64,000 nt of DNA from the NCBI GenBank assembly GCA_963741075.1, contig CAVUGS010000019.1, positions 157,313 to 221,312 of the forward strand. The letters run 5' to 3'. The position numbers and the translations under genes are program-made. This document shows positions 19,350 to 28,319 of the stretch, piece after piece; position 1 is the stretch's first letter, and each line of letters opens with the position of its first letter. Source of the DNA: an uncultured Thermoleophilia bacterium (GTDB lineage Bacteria; Actinomycetota; Thermoleophilia; UBA2241). Below the pieces are notes generated by a model. That model saw only the letters and a list, made by a program, of their open reading frames with translations. It was not told where the DNA came from and ran no database searches.

Positions 19350-20526
19350 ATGAGTATGGCGCTGCGTTCCCAGGAAGAGGTTTCTCTGGCGACGGTGTTC
19401 GCGCGCACGCTGCGCAGCGTCATCGCGCTCACGACGTCGGAGGAGCGCCGCGTGTGGCCGGACGCCGGCGAGGTGCTGCGGGCGACGCCGGCCGACGTCA
19501 CGGCGCCGGCGTCGTTCGTCCGCCTGCTGCAGTTCGCGATCCTGCCCGAGATCCTCGGCGAGAGCGCGGGCCCGGCCATCTACCTGGCCGCCAAGCGCGC
19601 CAGTCGCGACCTCGGCATCTCGTCCATCCAGGGGCTCAAGGACTGGTTCGCGCAGATGCAGCTCGGCGACCTCGAGGTCGAGCTCGACGAGGAGCGCGTG
19701 CTCGTCAAGCTGCAGCGCTGTCTGAGCTGCCAGCACCTGCCGGCCACCGGCACGCCGGTGTGCGACGTGGAGCGCGGCATCATCGACGGCGTGCTCGAGG
19801 GCATCACCGGCACCGAGGTGCTCACCAAGGAGACCATGTGCTGGGGCCTGGGCGACACCGTGTGCCAGTTCGAGGGCTACGCGGGCCAGCAGGCCGGCTA
19901 CCTGTACCACGAGAACGGCTTCCACCCGGACGAGCAGCGCCGCCTGCTGACGCAGCTGGCCGACCAGGCGGACGTCGCCCTGGACAACCTGCGCCTGCTG
20001 CACGAGCGGCGCGAGCACGAGACGCACGACCCGCTCACCGGGCTGCTCAACTTCCGCCAGCTGCGCGAGCGCGCCGCGTTCGAGCTGGCGCGCGCCGAGC
20101 GGCACGGCCGCAAGGTCGCCTTCGTGATGCTCGACCTCGACGACTTCACCGCGGTCAACGAGAGCGCCGGCCGCGAGGCGGGCGACGAGGTGCTGCGGCA
20201 CTGGGCGGCGGCGCTCACGGCGCAGCTGCGCAGCTGCGACCTGGTGTGCCGCTACGGCGCCGACGAGTTCCTGCTGGTGCTGCCCGAGACCGCCGACCAG
20301 CAGGCCGACGCCGTGCTGGCGCGCGTGCTCGGGGCGATGCAGCAGCTGGCCGTGGAGGCGGACGGGCCGGCCGATCGCCCTCACGGCCTCGGCCGGCGTC
20401 GCGAGCTTCCCGGCCGACGGCCGCAGCGCCGAGGAGCTCGTCGCCAAGGCGGCGACGACGATGTACACGGCCCGGACCGCGGGGCCGGGCCGCGTCGCGT
20501 TCTACTCCGGCCCGCCGCGCGCCTGA
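19350..20526 (+). CDS. V4R-domain / GGDEF-domain protein (putative diguanylate cyclase with a GADEF active-site variant), 1 frame shift near 20370
   Basis: The N-terminal V4R-like region is Cys-rich ([42 protein letters not shown]). The GGDEF domain has [12 protein letters not shown], the I-site-like RSCD, and RYGADEF. TGA lies at 20524-20526. Confidence 0.8.
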
Positions 20527-20533
20527 CGCCGTC

Positions 20534-21002
20534 GTGGCGGCGCGCGTCGAGCTCCTCGTCGTCGGGTCGCTGCACCGCGACCTCGCGCCCGCCGCGCGGC
20601 ACTACCTCGACCTCCTGCGGCCGCTACATGACCGTGACCGTGCGCGAGGTCAAGGAGGTCGCCGCTGCGCGGCCGCAGCGAGGCCGAGGTGCTGCGCGAG
20701 GAGGGCAGGCGCCTGCTCGCGGCGTGGCCGCAGGCGCCCGTCGTCTCGGCGCTCGCCGTGGACGGCGACGGCCCTCGGACACGGAGGCGTTCGCCGCGCG
20801 CCTGCAGCGGGCGTTCGAGCGCGGCGGCGCGGGCTTCGTCATCGGCGGCTCGCTGGGGCTCGCGGCCGAGGTCCGCGCGCGGGCCACGGACGCGCTCTCG
20901 CTCTCGGCGCTCACGCTGCCGCACCAGCTGGCGCGCGTCGTGCTGCTCGAGCAGCTGTTCCGCGCCGGCAAGATCCTGCGCGGCGAGCCGTACCACCACT
21001 GA
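20534..21002 (+). CDS. rlmH: 23S rRNA (pseudouridine1915-N3)-methyltransferase RlmH, about 3 frame shifts
   Basis: The C-terminus [55 protein letters not shown] is the RlmH/SPOUT signature. The N-terminus VELLVVGS lies in another frame. Confidence 0.7.
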
Positions 21003-21119
21003 GCGCGCGTCGCGGCGCCGTCCGCCGGCCGCGGCGTCCGTCGCGTCGCGCGCCGCCCGGGCGGATAGAATCAGCGGGCGCCGGCCGCCCGGCCGGCGCG
21101 GACACGGCGACGGTGGACC

Positions 21120-22868
21120 ATGAGCGACGATCTCTACGACCTGAACGGACTCGCGGCCTCGCTGCAGGCGGCGCTCGAGCGAAGAACTCGCGGCCGGCGG
21201 CGGCCGACGCCGGCGCCGCGCGCCGTGGAGCTCTCGCTGCCGGCGCGCCCGGAGCACGGCGACGTCACGACCAACGCGGCGCTGATCACCGCCAAGCGCG
21301 CCGGCCGCGTGCCGCGCGAGCTGGCCGAGGCGGTCGGCGCGCGCTGGATGGCCGGTCCGGGCGCCGGCGTCTGCGACCGCTTCGAGGTCGCCGGACCCGG
21401 CTTCCTCAACCTCTTCCTGCAACGACGCCTGGTACCGCGGCGCCCTGGACCGGCTGCTGGCCGAGGGCGCCGACTACGGCCGCGGCGCCCTGCCGGCCGC
21501 GCGGCGCCAGAAGATGAACGTCGAGTTCGTCAGCGTGAACCCCACCGGGCCGCTGCACGTGGGCCACGCGCGCTACGCCTCCTACGGCGACGCGCTCTGC
21601 CGCATCCTCGCCTTCGTCGGCCACGACGTGACGCGCGAGTTCTACGTCAACGACTACGGCACGCAGATGATGCGCTTCGGCCAGTCGCTCGCCGCCCGCT
21701 ACGGGCAGCGGCTCGGCCTGGACACGCCGGTCCCCGAGGAGGGCTACCAGGGCGACTACCTGCTCGACCTCGCCGACGAGCTCATCGCCGACGGTGGGCG
21801 ACCGCTACCGCGCCGCGCTCGAGGCGGTCGCCCCGGACGTCACGGCCCTGCCCGGCGACGTCGTCGGCGAGCTCAAGCTCTGGGGCCGGGACGCGATCCT
21901 CGCCCAGTTCCGCGTCACGCTGGAGCGCCTGCGCGTGCCGTTCGACGTGTGGACGCCCGGAGAGCTCGCTCTACGAGGGCGACGGCGAGCACCGCGGGTT
22001 CGGCGGCGAGGTGGGCAAGTCGCTCGCCGACCTCGACGGCGAGGGCCTCCTCTACGACGAGGAGGGCGCGGTCTGGCTCACGACGACCCGGTACGGCGAC
22101 GACAAGGACCGGGTCCTCATCCGCCAGACCGGCGAGCCCACCTACTTCCTCAGCGACATCGCCTATCACCGCGACAAGATGGACCGCGGGTTCGCGCACA
22201 TGATCGACATCTGGGGCGCCGACCACCACGGCTACGTGCCGCGCATGAAGGCCGCCTTCACGGCGCTGCCGCCGCACGACCCGGACAAGCTCGAGCTCAT
22301 CATCGGCCAGCTCGTGAACCTGCTCGAGAGCGGGGAGTCGCGGCGCATGAGCAAGCGCCGCGGCGACATCGTCACCGTGGACGACCTCATCGACGCGATC
22401 GGCGTGGACGCGGCGCGGTTCCTGCTCGTCGGCCGCTCGCACGACACCACGCTCGACCTGGACATCGACCTCGCCGTGCAGCAGAGCAACCAGAACCCGG
22501 TGTACTACGTGCAGTACGCGCACGCGCGCATCTGCAGCATCCTGCAGAACCTGCCGGGCGGCGGGGAGCGGCCGGCGGGCGAAGCCGTGCCGGCCGTGAC
22601 CGTCGGGCCGCACGAGCGCGCGCTGCTGCAGGCCCTCGCGCGCTTCCCCGACGTGCTGCTGAGCGCGGCCGACACGCGCTCGCCGCACCGCGTGCACGGG
22701 TATCTGGGCGAGCTCGCGGCCGAGTTCCACGTGTTCTACCGGCACTGCCGCGTGCTCAGCGACGACGCCGACGTGGCGGCGTTCCGCGCCGGGCTGTGCG
22801 CCGCCGTGCGGACCACGCTCGCCGCCGGGCTGGGCCTGCTGGGCGTCAGCGCGCCCGAATCGATGTGA
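21120..22868 (+). CDS. argS: Arginine--tRNA ligase, at least 4 frame shifts
   Basis: Matching segments include VSVNPTGPLHVGHARYASYGD (HIGH region), DIWGADHHGYVPRMKAA, MSKRRGD (KMSK-like) and YVQYAHARICSIL. Fragments from ORFs 21120, 21514 and 21794 join colinearly. Confidence 0.9.
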   Translation: MSDDLYDLNGLAASLQAALERRTRGRRRPTPAPRAVELSLPARPEHGDVTTNAALITAKRAGRVPRELAEAVGARWMAGPGAGVCDRFEVAGPGFLNLFLQRRLVPRRPGPAAGRGRRLRPRRPAGRAAPEDERRVRQREPHRAAARGPRALRLLRRRALPHPRLRRPRRDARVLRQRLRHADDALRPVARRPLRAAARPGHAGPRGGLPGRLPARPRRRAHRRRWATATAPRSRRSPRTSRPCPATSSASSSSGAGTRSSPSSASRWSACACRSTCGRPESSLYEGDGEHRGFGGEVGKSLADLDGEGLLYDEEGAVWLTTTRYGDDKDRVLIRQTGEPTYFLSDIAYHRDKMDRGFAHMIDIWGADHHGYVPRMKAAFTALPPHDPDKLELIIGQLVNLLESGESRRMSKRRGDIVTVDDLIDAIGVDAARFLLVGRSHDTTLDLDIDLAVQQSNQNPVYYVQYAHARICSILQNLPGGGERPAGEAVPAVTVGPHERALLQALARFPDVLLSAADTRSPHRVHGYLGELAAEFHVFYRHCRVLSDDADVAAFRAGLCAAVRTTLAAGLGLLGVSAPESM

Positions 22869-22915
22869 GCCCGGGGCCGGGGCCGGCCGTCGTCGTGCCG
22901 CCGGCCCGCGGCGCC

Positions 22916-23337
22916 TCAGCCGCCGGACTTCTCGCGCACCCAGGCGCGGAGCTCGTCGAGCTGCTCCGGCGTGAGGTCCGTGTCCAGCCCGAGCAGCATC
23001 GAGATCGCCGTGCCGGTCTGGTCGTCGATCAGCTTGTGGACGACGCTCTCGAGCACGGTCTGCGCCACCTCGCGGCCGGGGATGGCCGGCGTGTAGACGT
23101 ACGCGATGGCCGTCTTGTCCTGCGTCGAGCAGGTGCTTCTTCACGAGGTTGTTCATGACCGTCATGACGGTCGTGTAGGCGATCGTCCGCCGTTCGCGCA
23201 GCGTCTCGTAGACCGCGCGCACCGTGGTCTCGTCCTTCTCCCAGACGACCGCCAGGATGTCCGCCTCGAGAGAACCGATGCCGGTGAAGGGCGCGCCCTT
23301 GGTGCTGCGCAGCCACTTCGGTCTTTGCTTCCTCCAT
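22916..23337 (-). CDS. BlaI/MecI/CopY-family transcriptional repressor, 2 frame shifts
   Basis: The reverse-strand reading is MEEAK..KGAPFTGIGSLEADILAVVWEKDETTVRAVYETLRERRTIAYTTVMTVMNNLVKKHLL ... LTPEQLDELRAWVREKSGG, with the stop at 22916-22918. No BlaR/M56 sensor gene is adjacent. Confidence 0.7.
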
Positions 23338-23397
23338 CACGACTCCCTCCGCCGCGTGTCGGTTTGCACGACCGTCGCGCTGCCCCCGACGCGTCCA

Positions 23398-23419
23398 GTA
23401 CGTATGACAAGGTACGTAT
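23398..23419. promoter_or_regulatory. Two GTACGTAT boxes (each containing a palindromic TACGTA core) 14 nt apart, upstream of the BlaI-like gene
   Basis: gtacgtat lies at 23398-23405 and 23412-23419. It resembles the TAC..GTA operators of BlaI/CopY repressors. Confidence 0.35.
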
Positions 23420-23558
23420 TCCCATTTCACGTGGCGCGATGGCTCGTGACGCCGCTTCCCAAGAGACCCGAGTACAATAGCGATGCGTGCGGGCCGACCG
23501 AGCGGCGGTACAGAGCCGGCGCCGAGCTGCCACGAATCGCGTGCCGGCTCGCAGCAGC

Positions 23559-23813
23559 GATTTCCGCGAGGTCGCCGCGGCGGAGGGCGTCCCGGTGCAG
23601 ATCAAGGCGTATCCGGGCGAGACCGACACCGACGCCGACGAGCTGATGGCCGCCGGCACCGCGGCCACGCTCACCATCGGCCTGCCGATGCGCTACATGC
23701 ACTCGCCGTTCGAGGTCGCGCGCGTGGACGACCTCGAGGCGGCGGCGCGCCTGGTCGCCGCGCTGGCGCGCCGCGTCGGCGCCGGCGGCGTGAGCGCCGC
23801 CGACCGATCCTGA
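23559..23813 (+). pseudogene. C-terminal remnant of an M42-family aminopeptidase (about 250 N-terminal residues missing)
   Basis: Only the tail is present: EVAAAEGVPVQIKAYPGETDTDADEL..GLPMRYMHSPFEVARVDDLEAAARLV. About 220 nt of non-coding-looking sequence lies upstream. Confidence 0.5.
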
Positions 23814-23835
23814 CGACGCCCGAGGGAGGCGCCCT

Positions 23836-24661
23836 GTGAAGCTGTTCATCGCCATCGACCTCGAAGGGATCTCGGGCGTCGTGTCCGAGGCGGACACGGC
23901 GCGGGAGGGCGCGGCGGCGCAGCGCGCCCGCGCCCACATGCGCGCCGACCTCGACGCCGTGCTCGAGGGCTGCGCCGCGGCCGGCGCCGGCGAGGTCGTC
24001 GATCTGCGACGCGCACGACGACGGCCGCAACCTCGACCCGGCCGGCCTGCCCGGCTTCGTCACGCTGGTGAGCGGCTCGCCCGCGCCGCTGCAGCATGCT
24101 CGAGGGGCTCGGCCCCGACTGCGACGGCGCGCTGTTCGTCGGCTACCACGCCATGGCCGGCACGCAGGGCGCGGTGCTCGAGCACACCTGGAACTACAAG
24201 GTCTACGCGCGCCACGGTGGGCGAGCTCGAGGTCGGCGAGTTCGGCGTCGGCCGCCCTGCTCGCCGGCGAGTTCGGCGTGCCGGCGCTCTACCTCTCCGG
24301 CGACGACAAGGCCGCCGCGGAGGCGCGGGCGCTGGTGCCGGGCATCGCCACGACGGTGGTCAAGACCGGCGTCCGCCGCGAGGCGGCCGCGCTTCTGCCG
24401 TCCCGGACGAGGCGCGCGGCCGCATGACGGGCGGACGTCGAGGCGGCGCTCCGGGCGAAGGCCAGGCCGGCGCCGCTCGCCTGGAGCGGCGAGCCGCTCC
24501 GGCTCACCTTCACCCGCGTGCAGTTCTGCGACCTCGCCGAGACCTGCCCCGGCGACGACGCGGCTCGACGGGCGCACGCTGGAGATCGCGCGGCGACGAC
24601 GTTCGCCGAGGTCTACAGGGGCTTCCTCGCCTGCCTGCGGCTCTCCGAGGCGGCGGGCTAG
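23836..24661 (+). CDS. M55-family D-aminopeptidase (DppA-like), about 5 frame shifts
   Basis: The N-terminus is VKLFIAIDLEGISGVV. Further segments are FVGYHAMAGTQGAVLEHTW and ALYLSGDDKAAAEARALVPGIATTVVK. TAG lies at 24659-24661. Confidence 0.65.
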
Positions 24662-24730
24662 CGAGGCGCGCGCGGCGGGGCGGCCGCAGCTTGCGGCCCC
24701 GCCGCCGCTGTGGTCAGATAGTGCCCTCGA

Positions 24731-24806
24731 GCGGATGTGGTGCAGCTGGTAGCACGTCAGCTTCCCAAGCTGAAGATCGCGGGTTCGAGTCCCGTCATCC
24801 GCTCCA
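24731..24806 (+). tRNA. tRNA-Gly (anticodon CCC), CCA encoded
   Basis: A cloverleaf was folded by hand. The acceptor stem pairs GCGGATG with CATCCGC, the D arm pairs GTGC with GCAC, the anticodon stem pairs TCAGC with GCTGA around the loop TTCCCAA, and the T arm pairs GCGGG with CCCGT around TTCGAGT. The discriminator T is followed by CCA. Confidence 0.9.
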
Positions 24807-24875
24807 GTCCCTCCTCACGTCCTGCGCCGCGCGTCCTCGCGCCGTCCTGCGCGCCGCTGCGTCGGCGCGTCCTCT

Positions 24876-24921
24876 TGACTAAAGTCAGGATTCCCTCACG
24901 CCGATGGTTAGGGTATCCTAA
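24876..24921. promoter_or_regulatory. Two palindromes upstream of the DtxR-family gene: TGACT-AA-AGTCA and TTAGG-GTAT-CCTAA (iron-box-like half sites)
   Basis: tgactaaagtca lies at 24876-24887 and ttagggtatcctaa at 24908-24921. TTAGG/CCTAA arms recall the IdeR/DtxR consensus. Confidence 0.35.
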
Positions 24922-24989
24922 TGAGGAGCCGGAGGCGGGCGTCCGCGAGGGCCTCCCGCCTCACCACCGTCACAGACTGGAGTCGCGCC

Positions 24990-25650
24990 GTGACCACACG
25001 CACGCAGAGCGCCGAGGAGTACCTCGAGGCCATCTTCAAGCTGCAGCGCGGCGCCGAGCCCGTCACCGTCAAGCGGCTGGCCGCCGAGCTCGGCGTGGCG
25101 CCGCCCTCCGTCTCCGAGATGCTCGGCCGCCTGCGCGCGGCCGGCCTGGTGGAGGAGCCGGCCGAGGGCCGCGGCATCACGCTCACCGAGGAGGGCGCCG
25201 CCGAGGGCGCGACGCTCGTGCGCCGTCACCGCCTCAGCGAGCGGTTCCTGGTCGACTACCTCGACATGCCGTGGGACGCCGTGCACGACGAGGCCTGCAA
25301 GCTCGAGCACGTGCTCAGCCCGGAGGTCGAGGCGCGGCTCGCCGAGCAGCTCGGCAACCCGCTCACCTGCCCGCACGGCCACGCCATCCCCGGCGAGGAC
25401 GGCTCGCTCGCCGAGCGAGGAGCTGCGGCCGCTGTCGGAGCTCGAGCCCGGCGACGAGGCGGTCATCGGCTGCATCGCCGAGGAGAAGAGCGACCTGCTG
25501 CGCTACCTCGCCTCGCTCGGCCTGCTCCCCGACACGCCGGTCGCCGTCGAGAGCGTGGCGCCGTTCAACGGCCCGCTGCTCGTCCGCGTCGGCGGCTCGC
25601 AGTACGCCCTCGGGCGCGAGGTGACCGACAAGATCATGGTCCGCGGCTGA
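24990..25650 (+). CDS. DtxR/MntR-family metal-dependent regulator with a C-terminal FeoA/SH3-like domain, 1 frame shift near 25420
   Basis: The protein has SAEEYLEAIFKL, the HTH VAPPSVSEMLGRL, RRHRLSERFLVDYL and HDEACKLEH. The C-terminal LEPGDEAVIGCI..LGLLPDTPVAVESVAPFNGPLLVRVGG is FeoA-like. TGA lies at 25648-25650. Confidence 0.85.
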
Positions 25651-25654
25651 CGCC

Positions 25655-27663
25655 GTGGCCACCGACGCTCCGCCAGAGCCGCCGCGAGGCGGCCGACGCG
25701 TGTCCCGCCGCGGCCGTCGCCGCTGGTCGTCTGTCGTCGCCGGCAACCCCAACGTCGGCAAGTCGTCGCTGTTCAACTCGCTCACCGGCTCCTCCCGCGA
25801 GACGGCCAACTGCGCCGGCGTGAGCGTCGACGCCTGCGCCGTCTGCACGCGCTGGGAGGGGCGGCCCATCGAGGTCGTCGACCTGCCCGGCAGCTACTCG
25901 CTGGACGGTCCGGGCGACGACCAGCAGGCCGCCCGCACGCGCGCTGCTCGAGCGGCGGCCGGACGTCGTCGTCGCCGTCGCCGACGCCACCAACCTGGCG
26001 CGCAGCCTGTACCTGCCGCTGCAGCTGCTCGACCTGGGCTACCGCGTCGTCGTGGCGCTCAACCTCTCGGACGAGGCCGCGCCGGCGCGGGCGCATGCCG
26101 GACGCCGAGGTGCTCTCGCGGGACCTCGGCGTCCCCGTGGTGCCCACGGTGGCGCCGCGGGGCAAGGGCCTCGCTGGAGCTGGAGGCCGCCGTGCTGCGC
26201 GTCGCGCCGGCGGCGGCCTGCGGCGAGACCGCCGGCACGCCGCTGCCGCCGGAGGTGGAGCAGCGCGTCGAGGAGGTCGCGCTGCACATCGCCGCGCGCG
26301 CCGACGACGGCCTGCACGCGCCCGGCGGGCTCGGCGCGCGCGGCGCGGCGCTGGCCGTGCTCGAGGGCGACGCCGACGTCGCCGCGGCTGGTCGGCCTCG
26401 ACGTCGACGGCTTCCTCACCGAGGCCGACGAGGGGCTCGCCCTCGAGATCGCCAAGGCGCGGCACGCCGAGGCGCGCGCGCTGGCGGCGGCGTGCCCAGG
26501 ACACCCGCGCCGCCGCCGACCGCTGGTGGCGCCTCACCACGGCGCCGCGCACCGGCATCCCGATCATGCTCGGCGTCATCGCCGCCGTGTTCGCCACGCT
26601 CTTCATCGTCGGCGACCTGCTCGCGCGCGTGCTCACGGCGGCGTGGACGGCGTGGATCTCGCCGGCCGTCATCGGCGTCGTCACCGCCATCTTCGGCGAC
26701 GGCACCGTCGGCAGGGTCGTGCTCTGGGGCGTCGACGGCGGCATCCTGGCGACGCTCGCCGTCGGCATCCCCTACATCCTCACCTTCTACTTCATCCTCG
26801 CGCTGGTGGAGGACACCGGCTACATGAACGCCGCGGCGTTCCTCAGCGACCGCATCATGCACCGCATCGGGCTCCACGGCCGGGCGATCATCCCGCTCAT
26901 CGCCGCCGGCGGCTGCAACGTGCCGGCGATCATCGCGACGCGCTCGCTGGGCAGCAAGCGCGAGCGCACCATCGCCGCCGTGCTCGCCACGCTCACGCCC
27001 TGCAGCGCGCGCACCGCCGTCATCATCGGCGCCGTGGCCGGCGTCGCCGGCTGGCAGTACGCCGCTGCTCACCTACGCCGTCCTCATCGTCGTCATCATC
27101 GTCGCCGGGCTCGGCGATGAACCGGCTCATGCCCGGCGACAAGGGCGTGCTGGTCATGGAGATGTTCCCGTTCCGCCGTCCGGTGCTCCGCCAGGTGGCG
27201 CGCAAGACCTGGCGGCGCTTCCGCGAGTTCGTCTGGGACGCCGCCCCCATCATCCTGCTGGGCAGCATGGCGCTCGGGCGTGCTCTACGAGACGGGCTGG
27301 GTGTGGAAGCTCGGGCACCGTGCTCGGGCCCATCGTCGAGGGCTGGCTGCTGCTGCCCATGGTCGCCGGGCTCACGCTCGTGTTCGCGGTGCTGCGCAAG
27401 GAGCTCGCCCTGCAGCTGCTGCTCGTCTTCGCCGCCGTCGAGGCGGGCGGCGCGGTGGCCGAGCATCTCCTCGTTCATGACGACCTCGCAGATCGTCACC
27501 TACGCGATCGTCAACGCGCTCTACATCCCCTGCGTGGCGACGATCGCCGTGCTGGGGCGCGAGCTGGGGTGGCGGCGCACGGCGCGTCATCTGCGCCGGC
27601 ACCATCGGGATCGCGCTGCTGGTGGGCGGCATCGTCGCGCGCCTGCTGCCCCTGATCGGCTGA
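25655..27663 (+). CDS. feoB: Ferrous iron transporter FeoB, about 8 frame shifts
   Basis: The G domain has VVAGNPNVGKSSLFNSLTG and VVDLPGSYSL. The membrane part has ILALVEDTGYMNAAAFLSDRIMHRIGLHGRAIIPLIAAGGCNVPAI and YIPCVATIAVL. TGA lies at 27661-27663. Confidence 0.85.
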
Positions 27664-27763
27664 GCGGCGCGCGGCGGCGCCGCGACCGGCTGTCCCGGGC
27701 GCGCGCTTCGTCCGCGGCGTCGTCGTCCGGACGCGGTGGTAGTATTCGCCACGAGGCACCCTG

Positions 27764-28279
27764 GTGAGCCACTCTTCCGCCGACATCCGCCGGCAGGCCG
27801 CGCGCCTGCTGCAACGCGCCGGCGTCTCACGCGAGCCCGTCTCGCTGCGTGACGTCGTGAGCGCGCTCAACCTCGAGGTCGTCCAGGCCGCCGGCGAGCC
27901 GTTCGTCTGCGAGGCCGCGCTCCAGCCCGTCGGCGACGGCCACGCGATCGTGCTGCGCGGCGCGTCCGGCGAGCACCGCCGCCGGTTCACCATCGCCCAC
28001 GAGATCGGCCACTTCGTGCTGCACCCGCAGCGCCTGGCGCCCGAGCGCGGCGGCGCCGTCAACGCCGCCTGGCAGCGGCAGGAGCGCGAGGCCGACCAGT
28101 TCGCGGCCGAACTGCTCATGCCGGAGGACTCTCGTGCGCGAGGCCGTGCTCGAGCACGGCGACGACGTGGGCCGCCTCGCCGACCGGTTCGACGTCAGCC
28201 GCAAGGCCATGCAGGTGCGCCTGCGCAGGCTCGGCTGGCCGCACCAGCGCGACCGCATCGCAGCCGCGCCGGCCACTAG
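27764..28279 (+). CDS. ImmA/IrrE-family (M78) zinc metallopeptidase, at least 1 frame shift; 3' end unresolved
   Basis: HEIGH is present in TIAHEIGHFVLHP, along with EREADQFAAELLMPE and FDVSRKAMQVRLRRLGW. In the shifted frame there is no stop until 29069. A TAG at 28277-28279 is reachable with one more indel. Confidence 0.55.
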   Translation: MSHSSADIRRQAARLLQRAGVSREPVSLRDVVSALNLEVVQAAGEPFVCEAALQPVGDGHAIVLRGASGEHRRRFTIAHEIGHFVLHPQRLAPERGGAVNAAWQRQEREADQFAAELLMPEDSRARGRARARRRRGPPRRPVRRQPQGHAGAPAQARLAAPARPHRSRAGH

Positions 28280-28319
28280 CGCCGCCACCTGCGACGCGCC
28301 GGCAGCGCCGTCCGCCCGC

